A model generated the notes under the pieces. That model saw only the letters and a program-made list of their open reading frames with translations. It did no database searches and was not told the origin of the DNA. A program made the translations under genes and the position numbers. A stretch of DNA of 64,000 bases from Terriglobales bacterium (GTDB taxonomy: Bacteria; Acidobacteriota; Terriglobia; Terriglobales; Acidobacteriaceae): NCBI GenBank assembly GCA_035651775.1, contig DASREY010000229.1, positions 5,507 through 69,506 of the forward strand. The letters are read 5' to 3'. Shown in pieces: positions 48,315-57,478 of the stretch. The number at the start of each line of letters is the position of its first letter. The stretch's first letter is position 1.

Positions 48315-48330
48315 GAGAGGCTAAATCCAA

Positions 48331-48864
48331 ATGGCGTCGCAAATCCTCCCTCGACAACACGCAAAAATTGCTGGGTTCGTAGATTTTCTTCCAGCAACCC
48401 ACGCAATTCCAGCCGGAAAGGCAAAGGATATTTACGAGCAGAACAAACATCGCGTCTACTCTCTTGCATTCTGGATGACCGACAACGAACTGGAAGCCGA
48501 AGAACTTAGCGCCACTGTCTTTTGCAGGGCATTCGCAGCCAGCGCCGAGCCCAACGCAGAAACCATTGATCGCGCCCTCATCGCCGAATTGCGCGCGGGC
48601 CAACCCATCGGAATTCTGACTCTACAGTGTGATGAAGTGAAACAGGTGCTTCAGGTTCGCACCAATACCATGAGGGTTCACCTGGAGCGGGCGGTAGTCC
48701 AGCTTCCGGCCACCGAACGCCTGATTTTTCTTCTCCATGATGTGGAACAGCACGACCACGCCAGCATCGCCCGGCTTCTGGGACTGAACGAAACAGAAAG
48801 CCGCCACGGACTGCATCAAGCCCGCCTGCGTATGCGCGAGTTGCTGGCCGCAATGCAATCTTAA
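48331..48864 (+). CDS. ECF-type RNA polymerase sigma factor
   Basis: 177 aa; region 2 (HRVYSLAFWMTDNELEAEELSATVFCRAF) and region 4 (ERLIFLLHDVEQHDHASIARLLGLNETESRHGLHQARLRM). Confidence 0.85.
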   Translation: MASQILPRQHAKIAGFVDFLPATHAIPAGKAKDIYEQNKHRVYSLAFWMTDNELEAEELSATVFCRAFAASAEPNAETIDRALIAELRAGQPIGILTLQCDEVKQVLQVRTNTMRVHLERAVVQLPATERLIFLLHDVEQHDHASIARLLGLNETESRHGLHQARLRMRELLAAMQS

Positions 48865-48895
48865 TCTCTAATCTCCTCTCTCTCCTAAACTATAT

Positions 48896-48920
48896 GCCCC
48901 TCGTAAGAGGGGCTTTTTTT
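48896..48920 (+). terminator. Intrinsic terminator after the ECF sigma gene
   Basis: gcccctc-gtaa-gaggggc followed by ttttttt. Confidence 0.9.
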
Positions 48921-48926
48921 GTACAA

Positions 48927-49077
48927 GCATTTAGCACTTGGTATTTAGCATTTAGCCCTTAGAGATGGTGGTAGCCGCAGCAAGTGTCCCAAGCTGTTTA
49001 GGGGCCAAATGCTAATTGCCCACATGCTAAGTGCTTTTTGATTTGGCTGAATGCTGAGCGCTGAGTGCTGACTGCTG
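48927..49077. repeat. Heptamer arrays: inverted CATTTAG/CTAAGTG pair plus a TGCTGAG array
   Basis: catttag cacttgg tatttag catttag cccttag (48928-48962); gccaaatgctaattgcccacatgctaagtgc (49004-49034) is its imperfect reverse complement. ggctgaa tgctgag cgctgag tgctgac (49045-49072) lies in the glmU 3' end. Confidence 0.85.
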
Positions 49078-50589
49078 TTTTTTCTTCACCCAGCCTTCTT
49101 TATTGACCTGCTGGCCGCGAGCAATAGCCAGTGATTCGGCAGGAACATCGTCCGTGATGCACGAAGCCGCCGCCACGTAAGCGCCGCGTCCTACGCGTAC
49201 AGGTGCAACCAGGGTCGAGTCGCTGCCGATAAAGGCGCCGTCTTCGATTACGGTGGTGTGTTTGTGAACTCCATCGTAGTTGCAGGTAATGGTCCCGGCT
49301 CCAACATTGACGTTATCGCCAATCTGCGCGTCGCCGAGGTAAGTAAGATGATTGGCTTTCGATCCTTTGCCTAGCCGCGCTTTCTTGGTTTCCACAAAGT
49401 TGCCAACGTGAGCGCCTTCGCCGATGTCGCTGCCCGGCCGCACGTGCGCGTAAGGACCGAGCACCGCGCCATTGCCAATGCGAGATTCGCTCAGGATGCA
49501 TCCTGGCCTTATCTCCACCTTCTCGCCAATCTCGCAATCGCGTATGACCGAGTATGAGCGAATGTAGCAATCGCTTCCAATGCGCGTGTTGCCGAAAATC
49601 TGGACATAAGGATCGATCGTAGTATCGGGCGCAATCTGCACGCTGGAATCAATCATCGTGGTCTGCGGCTGGAACAAAGTCACGCCCGCCTGCATCAGTT
49701 CCAGGTTCTTGCGCATGCGGAGCGCCGCATCGAGTTGCGCCAGTTCAGCCCGGGTATTGATTCCCAGGGTCTCTTGCACGTCCAGCGTAAGCAGAGCCAC
49801 CACTTTCTTTTTGGTACGCACCAGCAGAGAAGCGATGTCGGTCAGGTAGTATTCCTGATGGGCATTGTCGGTGGTGAGCTTGTTCAGGTTTTCCAGCAGC
49901 GGCTTGACCTGAAATCCGTAAATTCCGGTATTGATCTCGCGGATCTTCTCCTGAGAGCCGCGCAGGGATTTCTGCTCAACAATAGCCGAAACGTCATTTC
50001 CCGTGCTCGTTTTCCGCACTACCCGCCCGTAGTTGGTTGGATCTGCCAGGACCGCCGTCAAAATCGTCATGGCCGCCCGTTGTTCCAGGTGAAAGTCGCG
50101 CAGCCGTGTAATTGTCTCCGCCTGGATGAGGGGCACATCGCCAGAGAGCACCAGCACATTGTCGTACCCAGCTAGCGCATTGCTGGCCGACATGATGGCA
50201 TGACCAGTGCCGCGCTGCTCGCTCTGCAGCGCAAAACGTATACCCGTGTGTTGCACCTGCGCCCGCACCCGCTCGGCCTCATGTCCAATGATGACGTACA
50301 CATCCTCTGCCGGAACCACCTTCGTTGCGGCCACAATCACATGCTCCAGCAGGGTCTTGCCGGCAATCGAATGCAGTACCTTGGGGTGCTTGGATTTGAG
50401 CCGCGTGCCTTTTCCCGCAGCCATAATGGCGATGGCCACTTTGCCGGCGTTCGGGGGAAGTGTCTTGCGGATAGCGCTGTGTGCGACATCCTCAATCCTG
50501 CCAAGAACGCCCTCACGCGGATACCCGCGCCGATCGCCCGGCTGTTTCTTTATGCGAATCGTTTTGGAAGCTTTCATTGCTCCCGACAT
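49027..50589 (-). CDS. glmU: Bifunctional GlmU (UDP-GlcNAc pyrophosphorylase / GlcN-1-P acetyltransferase)
   Basis: AIMAAGKGTRLKSKHPKVLH N-terminal motif and a C-terminal left-handed beta-helix hexapeptide region. ORF-track start 50805 rejected. True start uncertain: ATG 50589 or 50577, or GTG 50439. Confidence 0.9.
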   Translation of the reverse strand: MSGAMKASKTIRIKKQPGDRRGYPREGVLGRIEDVAHSAIRKTLPPNAGKVAIAIMAAGKGTRLKSKHPKVLHSIAGKTLLEHVIVAATKVVPAEDVYVIIGHEAERVRAQVQHTGIRFALQSEQRGTGHAIMSASNALAGYDNVLVLSGDVPLIQAETITRLRDFHLEQRAAMTILTAVLADPTNYGRVVRKTSTGNDVSAIVEQKSLRGSQEKIREINTGIYGFQVKPLLENLNKLTTDNAHQEYYLTDIASLLVRTKKKVVALLTLDVQETLGINTRAELAQLDAALRMRKNLELMQAGVTLFQPQTTMIDSSVQIAPDTTIDPYVQIFGNTRIGSDCYIRSYSVIRDCEIGEKVEIRPGCILSESRIGNGAVLGPYAHVRPGSDIGEGAHVGNFVETKKARLGKGSKANHLTYLGDAQIGDNVNVGAGTITCNYDGVHKHTTVIEDGAFIGSDSTLVAPVRVGRGAYVAAASCITDDVPAESLAIARGQQVNKEGWVKKKQQSALSAQHSAKSKST

Positions 50590-50821
50590 CTTAACAGTTT
50601 GCGGAAAAACTCTATATTTGCCCGAGTCAATGATGGGGGCATAGCAAGATGGATTGAATTTGGCATTAACTTCTATGTCTTTTATGTCTTTTGCTGAAGT
50701 CTCTCTTTTCAATAACCGGGTGGCCAGCGCTCCGAAGCCCTCGACAATTGTGGCCATAGCCTGATCGACTTTATCCACGCATTTTGAAGCTTGCCAACAT
50801 ATCAAGAAGAAACCGTCGCTC

Positions 50822-51862
50822 TTACCGCTTTTGGCTGAGTGCAGAATGCCGAGCGCTGACGGCTATATCAAGCAATGCCATGGCCAGCCGATCGGTTGCA
50901 TGCCGCGCAACACCGGCTTCTTCTTCCAGAAAGTCGCCGCAAATGGGCTCTACACCCATCTTGCGAATCGCGTCGAGGTCTATATGAATCTGTTCTGCCC
51001 CTTCGGCGGCATATTTTTGCTTGAGTTCGTCGGAAACCGGACTGGTATTCACAAGAGCATAGTCAAATATCTGTGATTTGGCGTGATCATCAAGGGCGCG
51101 CAGGTGATCGGCGGCAGTGAGCCCAAGGCTCTCGTTGGCCTGGGTCATGAGGTTGCATACGAAAATTTTGACGGCCCTCGAAGCTGCAATCGCCTGCGGA
51201 ATGCCGCTCACAATCAGGTTTGAAATCAGGCTGGTATACAGCGAACCCGGACCGAGGGTTATAAGGTCGGCATTGGCAATCGCCTCCAGAGCCTGCGGCA
51301 AGGGCTGGGCATCGGGTGGGATCATGTACAGCTCCACCACACGTTGTTTGCTCCGGGTGATGGTGGTTTCGCCGCGTACACGGCTGCCGTCGTCCATCAG
51401 GGCTTCCAGTTGCACATTGGAAACCGTTGAAGGATAAATCACGCCTCGCGTCTTCAGAATGGCCGATGAAACCTTCACCGCCATGGCAAAGTCACCGGTG
51501 ATTTCCGTCAATGCCGTGACAAACAGATTGCCGAAATTGTGGCCTTCGAGGCCGGCCCCGGCTTTAAAGCGATACTGGAAGAGTTGCGAGAGAAGTTCTT
51601 CATCTTCAGAGAGTGCGACCAGGCAGTTGCGGATGTCTCCAGGCGGCAGGATGCCAAACTCTTTGCGCAAGCGGCCGCTGGAACCGCCATCATCGGTCAC
51701 AGTCACAATGGCCGTAAGGTCGCCGACAACAATCTCCCGCCCCGATTGAGCATCGCGATGGGCCCCAGGCCGGTCAAAATGCTTAAGTCCCTTCAGCAGG
51801 GTTGAAAGTCCCGTCCCGCCGCCGATGGCCACGACTTTGATCGATGCTGGCTCTCTTAACAT
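50822..51862 (-). CDS. YvcK/CofD-like gluconeogenesis-factor family protein
   Basis: 346 aa; VVAIGGGTGLSTLLKGLK and GPGSLYTSLI motifs. Confidence 0.9.
   Translation of the reverse strand: MLREPASIKVVAIGGGTGLSTLLKGLKHFDRPGAHRDAQSGREIVVGDLTAIVTVTDDGGSSGRLRKEFGILPPGDIRNCLVALSEDEELLSQLFQYRFKAGAGLEGHNFGNLFVTALTEITGDFAMAVKVSSAILKTRGVIYPSTVSNVQLEALMDDGSRVRGETTITRSKQRVVELYMIPPDAQPLPQALEAIANADLITLGPGSLYTSLISNLIVSGIPQAIAASRAVKIFVCNLMTQANESLGLTAADHLRALDDHAKSQIFDYALVNTSPVSDELKQKYAAEGAEQIHIDLDAIRKMGVEPICGDFLEEEAGVARHATDRLAMALLDIAVSARHSALSQKR
50833..50860. repeat. Heptamer array, GGCTGAG/TGCCGAG type, in the yvcK-like 3' end
   Basis: ggctgag tgcagaa tgccgag cgctgac. Confidence 0.75.
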
Positions 51863-51998
51863 CCCTGATTCAAATTCCCCACGTTATGTAATTTCCCCGG
51901 CAGGAGCTCTTATGAACTGTTTTGCGGGCTTAGCCCTGGGGGGAAGGAGCTTCTGCCCTCGACTCATTTATGAGACTACCTCTGGAGTACTGCTTTCT

Positions 51999-52676
51999 TC
52001 ACCGCCGCTTGATCTTGGCTGCGGCAGGTGTAGCCGGTGCGGGAGCTGCGGAGGCCTCAAGTTCCTCCGGATAGAGCAATTCCGTAAAACGCGGATCGTC
52101 GGCCATATTCTGGAAGTCCGATTCATTGCGCGCGTGGTATCGGTTAGCGGCATTCAGTTTGATGGCTTGTTCCAGGTTCTTCAATGCTGCTTCATAATGG
52201 TGAGTAAGGCAATCCAGCAACGCCATGCCATACCAGACATAGTCTGCCTTGGGTATCTGCTTCTGCAATTTCTCCAGATGAGAACGTGCTCCGTCATAAT
52301 CAGAGGCATTCATCAGAGAAATGGCGTAATCGTAGTGCTCCTCGGTGGACTTGAACCCGCTGTTAGATGCCCGCGCCAACTGCTGCTGGCAGGTGTTTAA
52401 ATGGACCGTCGCCCTGTCAGCCAGTTCGCGGCTGCCAGAGCTCATTACCTTCTCTAAAAGTGTCTTGGCGCGCTCAAATTTGCGCTCCTGCATGGCCTTC
52501 ACCCCGGACTCGTAATTTTGCACAGCCTGTGTAAAACGCGGGTCCTGAGTCAGCGTGAAGCTGCTCTTGGCTGAGGAGGCGGCTGGCGGCTTGGGAGTTT
52601 TGTTCTTGTGTAACACTTTTATTTTCTTTAATTTAACTACAGTTCTTTTAACCTTTGCTGAGGCCTTCTTGGTCAT
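51999..52676 (-). CDS. Tetratricopeptide-repeat protein with basic N-terminus
   Basis: 225 aa; Lys-rich N-terminus, then TPR-like helices (AVQNYESGVKAMQERKFERAKTLLEKV, YVWYGMALLDCLTHHYEAALKNLEQAIKLN). Confidence 0.75.
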   Translation of the reverse strand: MTKKASAKVKRTVVKLKKIKVLHKNKTPKPPAASSAKSSFTLTQDPRFTQAVQNYESGVKAMQERKFERAKTLLEKVMSSGSRELADRATVHLNTCQQQLARASNSGFKSTEEHYDYAISLMNASDYDGARSHLEKLQKQIPKADYVWYGMALLDCLTHHYEAALKNLEQAIKLNAANRYHARNESDFQNMADDPRFTELLYPEELEASAAPAPATPAAAKIKRR

Positions 52677-52920
52677 CGGAATACCCTTTCCTTGCGGCCC
52701 CCTGCGGCTCTTTTACAGCGAGCTGTGGAAATCTGGCTAGGGTCGAATTCAACAACTTAAAGCAGGAGTTTATACGCGTATTTGCCCCCCACGTCAACTT
52801 TCAGTGTAATTGGATGTATATCAGGCTTGGATGGTAAGCATCAACCCCCACTTGAGCGAGAGAAAAGGGGGCGCGCAGGACACCCGCCACTCACCTGCCG
52901 AGACCACCATCTATGAAAAG

Positions 52921-52948
52921 GGCTGAATGCTAAGTGCTGGATGCTTCT
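52921..52948. repeat. Heptamer array, TGCTRRG type
   Basis: ggctgaa tgctaag tgctgga tgcttct, abutting the stop of the PCYCGC-like gene. Confidence 0.8.
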
Positions 52949-53465
52949 ATATGCCCGCAGAGGATTTCTTCTTAGCCGTCTTATGGACCGGCGGATCTGG
53001 AGTCAATCCAATGGAGGCAGCCGTATCCAAATCAACCTGCTGCCACTCTCCAGAAACAATACCCATGCGAATCTGCTCCGGCGTTTTCTTCTGCTGGGTC
53101 ATCAGATAGCTGTAGTAGAGCTCTTTGAGGCAGGCAGCGCAGTTGCCGCCATGTTCGACCTCAAAGCAGCTATGCAGGCTCTTGTGCCCGTGGCCCCGGT
53201 CGCAGTAGCAATAGCAGGGCTGCTGGTAGATAACCTGGGGAATCTTGGCCGCCAGTTCATAGGCATGCACCTGTACCGGCCTCATTTTGCCCGCAGGATA
53301 GTCCAATTGCGAGGCGGTTAGGATCGGGGGGACATTGTCCGTCTTCTTGAAACCCGTATCGTGATACGCCGGGACATCGGTAGGCCGTCCCATCCACTGG
53401 GCTGGGCTGGAGATGATTGCAGCTAAAATAACACAAAGCACAGAGAGCAGTCGTTTCGTGTTCAT
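52947..53465 (-). CDS. Secreted PCYCGC-motif family protein
   Basis: ORF trimmed to ATG 53465 (MNTKRLLSVLCVILAAIISSPAQ). QPCYCYCDRGHGHKSLHSCF...GGNCAAC Cys/His cluster. Confidence 0.75.
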   Translation of the reverse strand: MNTKRLLSVLCVILAAIISSPAQWMGRPTDVPAYHDTGFKKTDNVPPILTASQLDYPAGKMRPVQVHAYELAAKIPQVIYQQPCYCYCDRGHGHKSLHSCFEVEHGGNCAACLKELYYSYLMTQQKKTPEQIRMGIVSGEWQQVDLDTAASIGLTPDPPVHKTAKKKSSAGI

Positions 53466-53617
53466 CTTTAAAATTACCTTGATGTTTATACTTCGATGAG
53501 AATATTGTACTCCCTTTGAAAGCAAAATCACGTCTACATAAGAGCAGGATTTTTATACAAACGTAGCGCTAACGTTTCGTTACATGGGCTGTCCGAAATA
53601 TTGGAAGAGCGAGTCAA

Positions 53618-53652
53618 CAGTAAAAGCCAAGAGCTAAAAGCTGTAACTAAAA
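53618..53652. repeat. Heptamer array, AGCYAAR type
   Basis: agccaag agctaaa agctgta actaaaa, with flanks. Confidence 0.75.
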
Positions 53653-53700
53653 CCTGATAACGAAGAGCCAATTCTGCATTAAAATTAGATTCAATAAGAC

Positions 53701-54273
53701 ATGAATAGCGCCCCAGCTCCTGCCACTTCCGCCAGTACAGAGAAAAAGCCCGTAGCTGCTCCCTATGCGCAGTTGCGCCTGTGGCTGCGCGATCTAAGCA
53801 TCTCGCTCGTTCTTGCCGTCTTTGTCATTATTTTTCTCTACCAGCCGGTGAAGGTGGAAGGCACCAGCATGCTGCCGCAGCTGCAGGACCAGGAGCGCAT
53901 TTTTATCAATAAATTTGTCTACCGCCTCGAGCCTATCGAGCGCGGCGATATTGTTGTTTTCCATTATCCGCGCGATCTTTCCAAGAGCTTCATCAAGCGC
54001 GTGGTCGGCGTTGCCGGCGACCGCATTCGCATTGTGGAAGGCGAAGTCTATCTGAACGGACGCCCGCTCAACGAAAGCTACGTTCCCGCCGAGTACTCCG
54101 ACCAGCGCTCCATGCCTGAAATTACCGTCCCCCCCGATTCCTATTTCGTGCTCGGAGACCACCGCAGCATGTCTGACGACAGCCGTGAGTTTGGCTCCGT
54201 AGATGGCCAATACATTTACGGCAAAGCCGTCTTCGTCTATTGGCCCATGGAAAAACTAGGCCGCGTGCGCTAG
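53701..54273 (+). CDS. lepB: Signal peptidase I
   Basis: 190 aa; GTSMLPQL (Ser box), FIKRVVGVAGDRI (Lys box), VLGDHRSMSDDSREFG. Confidence 0.93.
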   Translation: MNSAPAPATSASTEKKPVAAPYAQLRLWLRDLSISLVLAVFVIIFLYQPVKVEGTSMLPQLQDQERIFINKFVYRLEPIERGDIVVFHYPRDLSKSFIKRVVGVAGDRIRIVEGEVYLNGRPLNESYVPAEYSDQRSMPEITVPPDSYFVLGDHRSMSDDSREFGSVDGQYIYGKAVFVYWPMEKLGRVR

Positions 54274-54466
54274 GCAGCGGATCATCTTGAATACCTCCCT
54301 CTGCATGACGGAATCAAGGCAATTAGAGAGAGGCCATGATCTAAAAATCGAAAACTTCCTGAAACGAAATATCCAGCTTCCACACTATGAGTTGGGGAAG
54401 GAAAGATGGTTTTTGGGGGCCGGATACAAATCTCAGGATTAGGGCCCGGTCCCCTGAAAACCAGAG

Positions 54467-55336
54467 TTACCGCTCCGGCGCCGGTGTAAGCACCACCGGA
54501 TGATCGTCTGTCCGCCGGTTTCTGTCGGGGATAGTAAACCTGTGGGAAGACTGCGACAGCGGAGGCCCGGAGTAATACCGCGTGTGCGAATTTACATCGT
54601 TCAGCACCAGCGGCCGCTGCAGCACCATTTCAACTGTGGCTCCCTGCTCCAGGCGAACGTCATTTCCACGGGTCAACAGCACTGTCGCCAAGCCAACCAG
54701 CCCGCCTGCTCCAGCGCCGATTCCCGCTCCCTTGGCGCCGCCCGCGATGGCTCCAACCGCTGCGCCGCCGCCAGTGGATTCGGCGATGGTAGCCGCATCG
54801 TGTCCTTTGGTGCCATTAGCCTGCACCGTGCCTTCTTTATCTTTCACTGTGGAATTCTCCTCTCCAGGGACGTTGTTCAGCGCACCCGGAATGGAGAACG
54901 TGTATCCATCAGGATAGATCAGCGTGGTAAAGCGGAAGAGCACCTCAGCGCGTCCGCTCACCTTCCCCGGCCGCTTGACCTCGGTAATCACCCCCTGGAC
55001 GTAGGTGCCCACCGGAATGACCATGGTGTTATTTACAGCTACGGGAAATATGGTGCGCAGGTAGACTCCATCGCCAGCGCGCGCCGACTTGGTGGAAATT
55101 GAGTTTTCAAGCCGTAAGGGAATCTTGGTGCCCGCGGGCACCGTGATCGCATCCGGCCCGGCCACGGCCGGCTGAGTCAACGGCGCGGGTTGAGGCTTGC
55201 CATCATAGTAAGGCTGATCGGGGTAAGGCTGATCGGGGCCATTATTTTGGCCCTGGGCCGGCGCTTGATTCTGGGCCGGAGCTTGCGCGAATGCCACGAT
55301 AGAACTGAGCAAAAACACACATGCGAGACGAATCAT
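54467..55336 (-). CDS. Secreted protein with C-terminal glycine-zipper segment (paralog of 22676..23371)
   Basis: 289 aa; signal-like N-terminus, ITVPAGTKIPLRL core, GGGAAVGAIAGGAKGAGIGAGAGGLVG. Confidence 0.75.
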   Translation of the reverse strand: MIRLACVFLLSSIVAFAQAPAQNQAPAQGQNNGPDQPYPDQPYYDGKPQPAPLTQPAVAGPDAITVPAGTKIPLRLENSISTKSARAGDGVYLRTIFPVAVNNTMVIPVGTYVQGVITEVKRPGKVSGRAEVLFRFTTLIYPDGYTFSIPGALNNVPGEENSTVKDKEGTVQANGTKGHDAATIAESTGGGAAVGAIAGGAKGAGIGAGAGGLVGLATVLLTRGNDVRLEQGATVEMVLQRPLVLNDVNSHTRYYSGPPLSQSSHRFTIPDRNRRTDDHPVVLTPAPER

Positions 55337-55736
55337 AAACTCTCCTCTGCGTCCATCAGCCTGACCCGAAGAAACATAGCTCGTTAAGTCTCCTCAGGTT
55401 TTTGAAATGTGGGTTCCCTGCTGCACTTAGACGCCAAAAACCGCCTGAAGTGTTATCCAGCAACTCAGATTATTTCTTAATCGGGTTGCAAGCAGACGGG
55501 AAGATCCGATGTCTAAACGCCCCAATTGTACCCCGTTCCGTACCGCAAGGAAGGAGTTTCCACGCCGTTCTCCGGTGCAAGGAAAAGCCTTGCGATGTCT
55601 TAACGCATTGGAGGATTTGAAAGTTTTTGGCTCTGGCCCCCTTGCGCGCAAGGGTCTGTGGCATAAACCATTCGGGTTCAATAACCTGCGAGTAGTTCCA
55701 CTCTCTCTCCAAGCCCAAGTGAAAACATGAACTAAA

Positions 55737-55809
55737 CCGCGGAGACGCAGAGGCGCGGAGGAAAGCAAAGCCTTTTTCGCCGCGGATGAACGCTGATTTG
55801 CGCGGATTT
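55737..55809. repeat. Composite short-period repeat (CGCGGAGR octamers plus ATCCGC-type units)
   Basis: ccgcggagacgcagaggcgcggagg ... ttcgccgcggatgaacgctgatttgcgcggattt. Shares an 18-mer with 31809-31826 on the opposite strand. Confidence 0.8.
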
Positions 55810-55890
55810 AGCGACCAAATCCCCACTCTTTAGCTACTCAGGCATGGGGATAAGCTGCAAGAAAGGAGTAGCTTCCGGCAGTAGAATCCA

Positions 55891-57351
55891 ATGAGTTGGG
55901 GGCACGACATGATCCAATTCGCGCGGATGGCTATTCTGGCCGTATTGCTTCTCTTTTCCACTCTTCTCCTCGGGCAAACCGGCCGGATTGTTGTCTCTGG
56001 CAACCATCATTTCCTGCAGCACGAGGACGGCAGGCCGTTCTTCTGGCAGGGCGATACCGCGTGGCTGTTATTCAGCAAACTGGATCGCTTTGAAACGGAA
56101 AAGTATCTGGAAGACCGGCGGAGCAAAGGATTCAACGTCATTCAGGTCATGCTCCTGCACAGTGTTGATATGAAGAATGTCTACGGCGCAACCGCGCTGG
56201 TGGCTGGCGATCCCGCCAGGCCCAACGTCATGCCGTTCGCACATTCCTCCAAAGCCGACGAACATAACTTTTGGGACCACGTGGACTGGGTGCTCGACCG
56301 CGCAGCGGCGAAGGGGATCTACGTCGCCCTGGTGCCGGCCTGGGGATCGGTGGTCAAGGCCGGTCAGCTCAATGCCGATAATGTGGGAACCTATGCGGAA
56401 TTTCTCGCCAAGCGCTATAGGGATCGTCCTAACCTCTTCTGGATCGTGGGCGGCGACATACAGGGCGACCGCAACCTTGACGTGTGGAACCGAATGGGAC
56501 GCACGCTGAAGGCGCTTGATCCTAACCACCTGATTACCTTCCATCCTTACGGACGCATGCAGTCCTCCACATGGTTCCACAATGAGGCTTGGCTCGATTT
56601 CAACATGTTCCAGTCCGGACATCGCCGCTACGATCAGGACACTGATTCACCACACCGCTATGGCGAAGACAACTGGCGCTACGTGGCGGCCGACTATGTG
56701 CGTGAACCGGTGAAACCGGTGCTCGATGGCGAGCCATCCTACGAAAATATCCCCCAAGGCTTGCACGATCTCACGCAGCCATATTGGCAGGCCGCCGACT
56801 GCCGCCGCTATGCCTATTGGTCAGTCTTTTCCGGAGCGTTTGGACATACTTACGGACACAACGCGGTGATGCAATTCCATAAACCCGCGCCCGCTGGTTC
56901 GGGCGAGCAGAAGCCTGACTTCACCGACGGCAACTACGGCGTGAAGGACTACTGGTACGATGCCCTAGACCATCCGGGCGCGCGCCAGATGCAATTCCTG
57001 CAACGGCTTATGCTTTCGCGTCCGTACTTTGAGCGGATTCCAGACCAGAGCGCGTTGAGTGGACCCAATGGCACGAAATACGATTATGCCGCTGTCACCC
57101 GCGGCAAGAGCTATTTGTTTGCTTACACCTATACGGACAAAACGCTCCACCTGCAGCTGGGCGTGCTCACCGGCCGCAAGTTGCAGGTGTGGTGGTACAA
57201 CCCGCGTGACGGCTCCAGCCAAAACGCAGGAAAGATTGCCAACCGCGGCGTACGCACCTTCACCCCGCCCGGTGCGACGGGCGCAGCCAACGATTGGGTG
57301 CTGGTGCTTGACGATGCAGGGAAACAGTATGGAGCGCCTGGAAAGCCGTGA
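55891..57351 (+). CDS. DUF4038 / GH140-like glycoside hydrolase
   Basis: 486 aa; signal-like N-terminus and DGRPFFWQGDTAWLLF hallmark. Start could instead be ATG 55909. Confidence 0.8.
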   Translation: MSWGHDMIQFARMAILAVLLLFSTLLLGQTGRIVVSGNHHFLQHEDGRPFFWQGDTAWLLFSKLDRFETEKYLEDRRSKGFNVIQVMLLHSVDMKNVYGATALVAGDPARPNVMPFAHSSKADEHNFWDHVDWVLDRAAAKGIYVALVPAWGSVVKAGQLNADNVGTYAEFLAKRYRDRPNLFWIVGGDIQGDRNLDVWNRMGRTLKALDPNHLITFHPYGRMQSSTWFHNEAWLDFNMFQSGHRRYDQDTDSPHRYGEDNWRYVAADYVREPVKPVLDGEPSYENIPQGLHDLTQPYWQAADCRRYAYWSVFSGAFGHTYGHNAVMQFHKPAPAGSGEQKPDFTDGNYGVKDYWYDALDHPGARQMQFLQRLMLSRPYFERIPDQSALSGPNGTKYDYAAVTRGKSYLFAYTYTDKTLHLQLGVLTGRKLQVWWYNPRDGSSQNAGKIANRGVRTFTPPGATGAANDWVLVLDDAGKQYGAPGKP

Positions 57352-57478
57352 GATTTAAAGCTCTCAAGAGTTTGATCACGTGGCTTTCATTGCACAATGA
57401 AATTTGTTCCCTCACACTCCCCCACACGCTTGGCGGGCGAGTGAGGCGACCCCTCTTTTCTAGTGGTGGAGCAGATAT

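Noticed and set aside
50590-50805. N-terminal extension of the 592-aa glmU ORF
   Set aside because: AT-rich, contains an aaagacat tandem repeat and has no similarity to GlmU. The nucleotidyltransferase motif begins about residue 123 of the ORF.
55423-55437. Sigma-54-like motif TGGCGT-CTAAG-TGCA upstream of the second glycine-zipper gene
   Set aside because: GG-to-GC spacing is one nucleotide short (N9 instead of N10), which is normally not tolerated.
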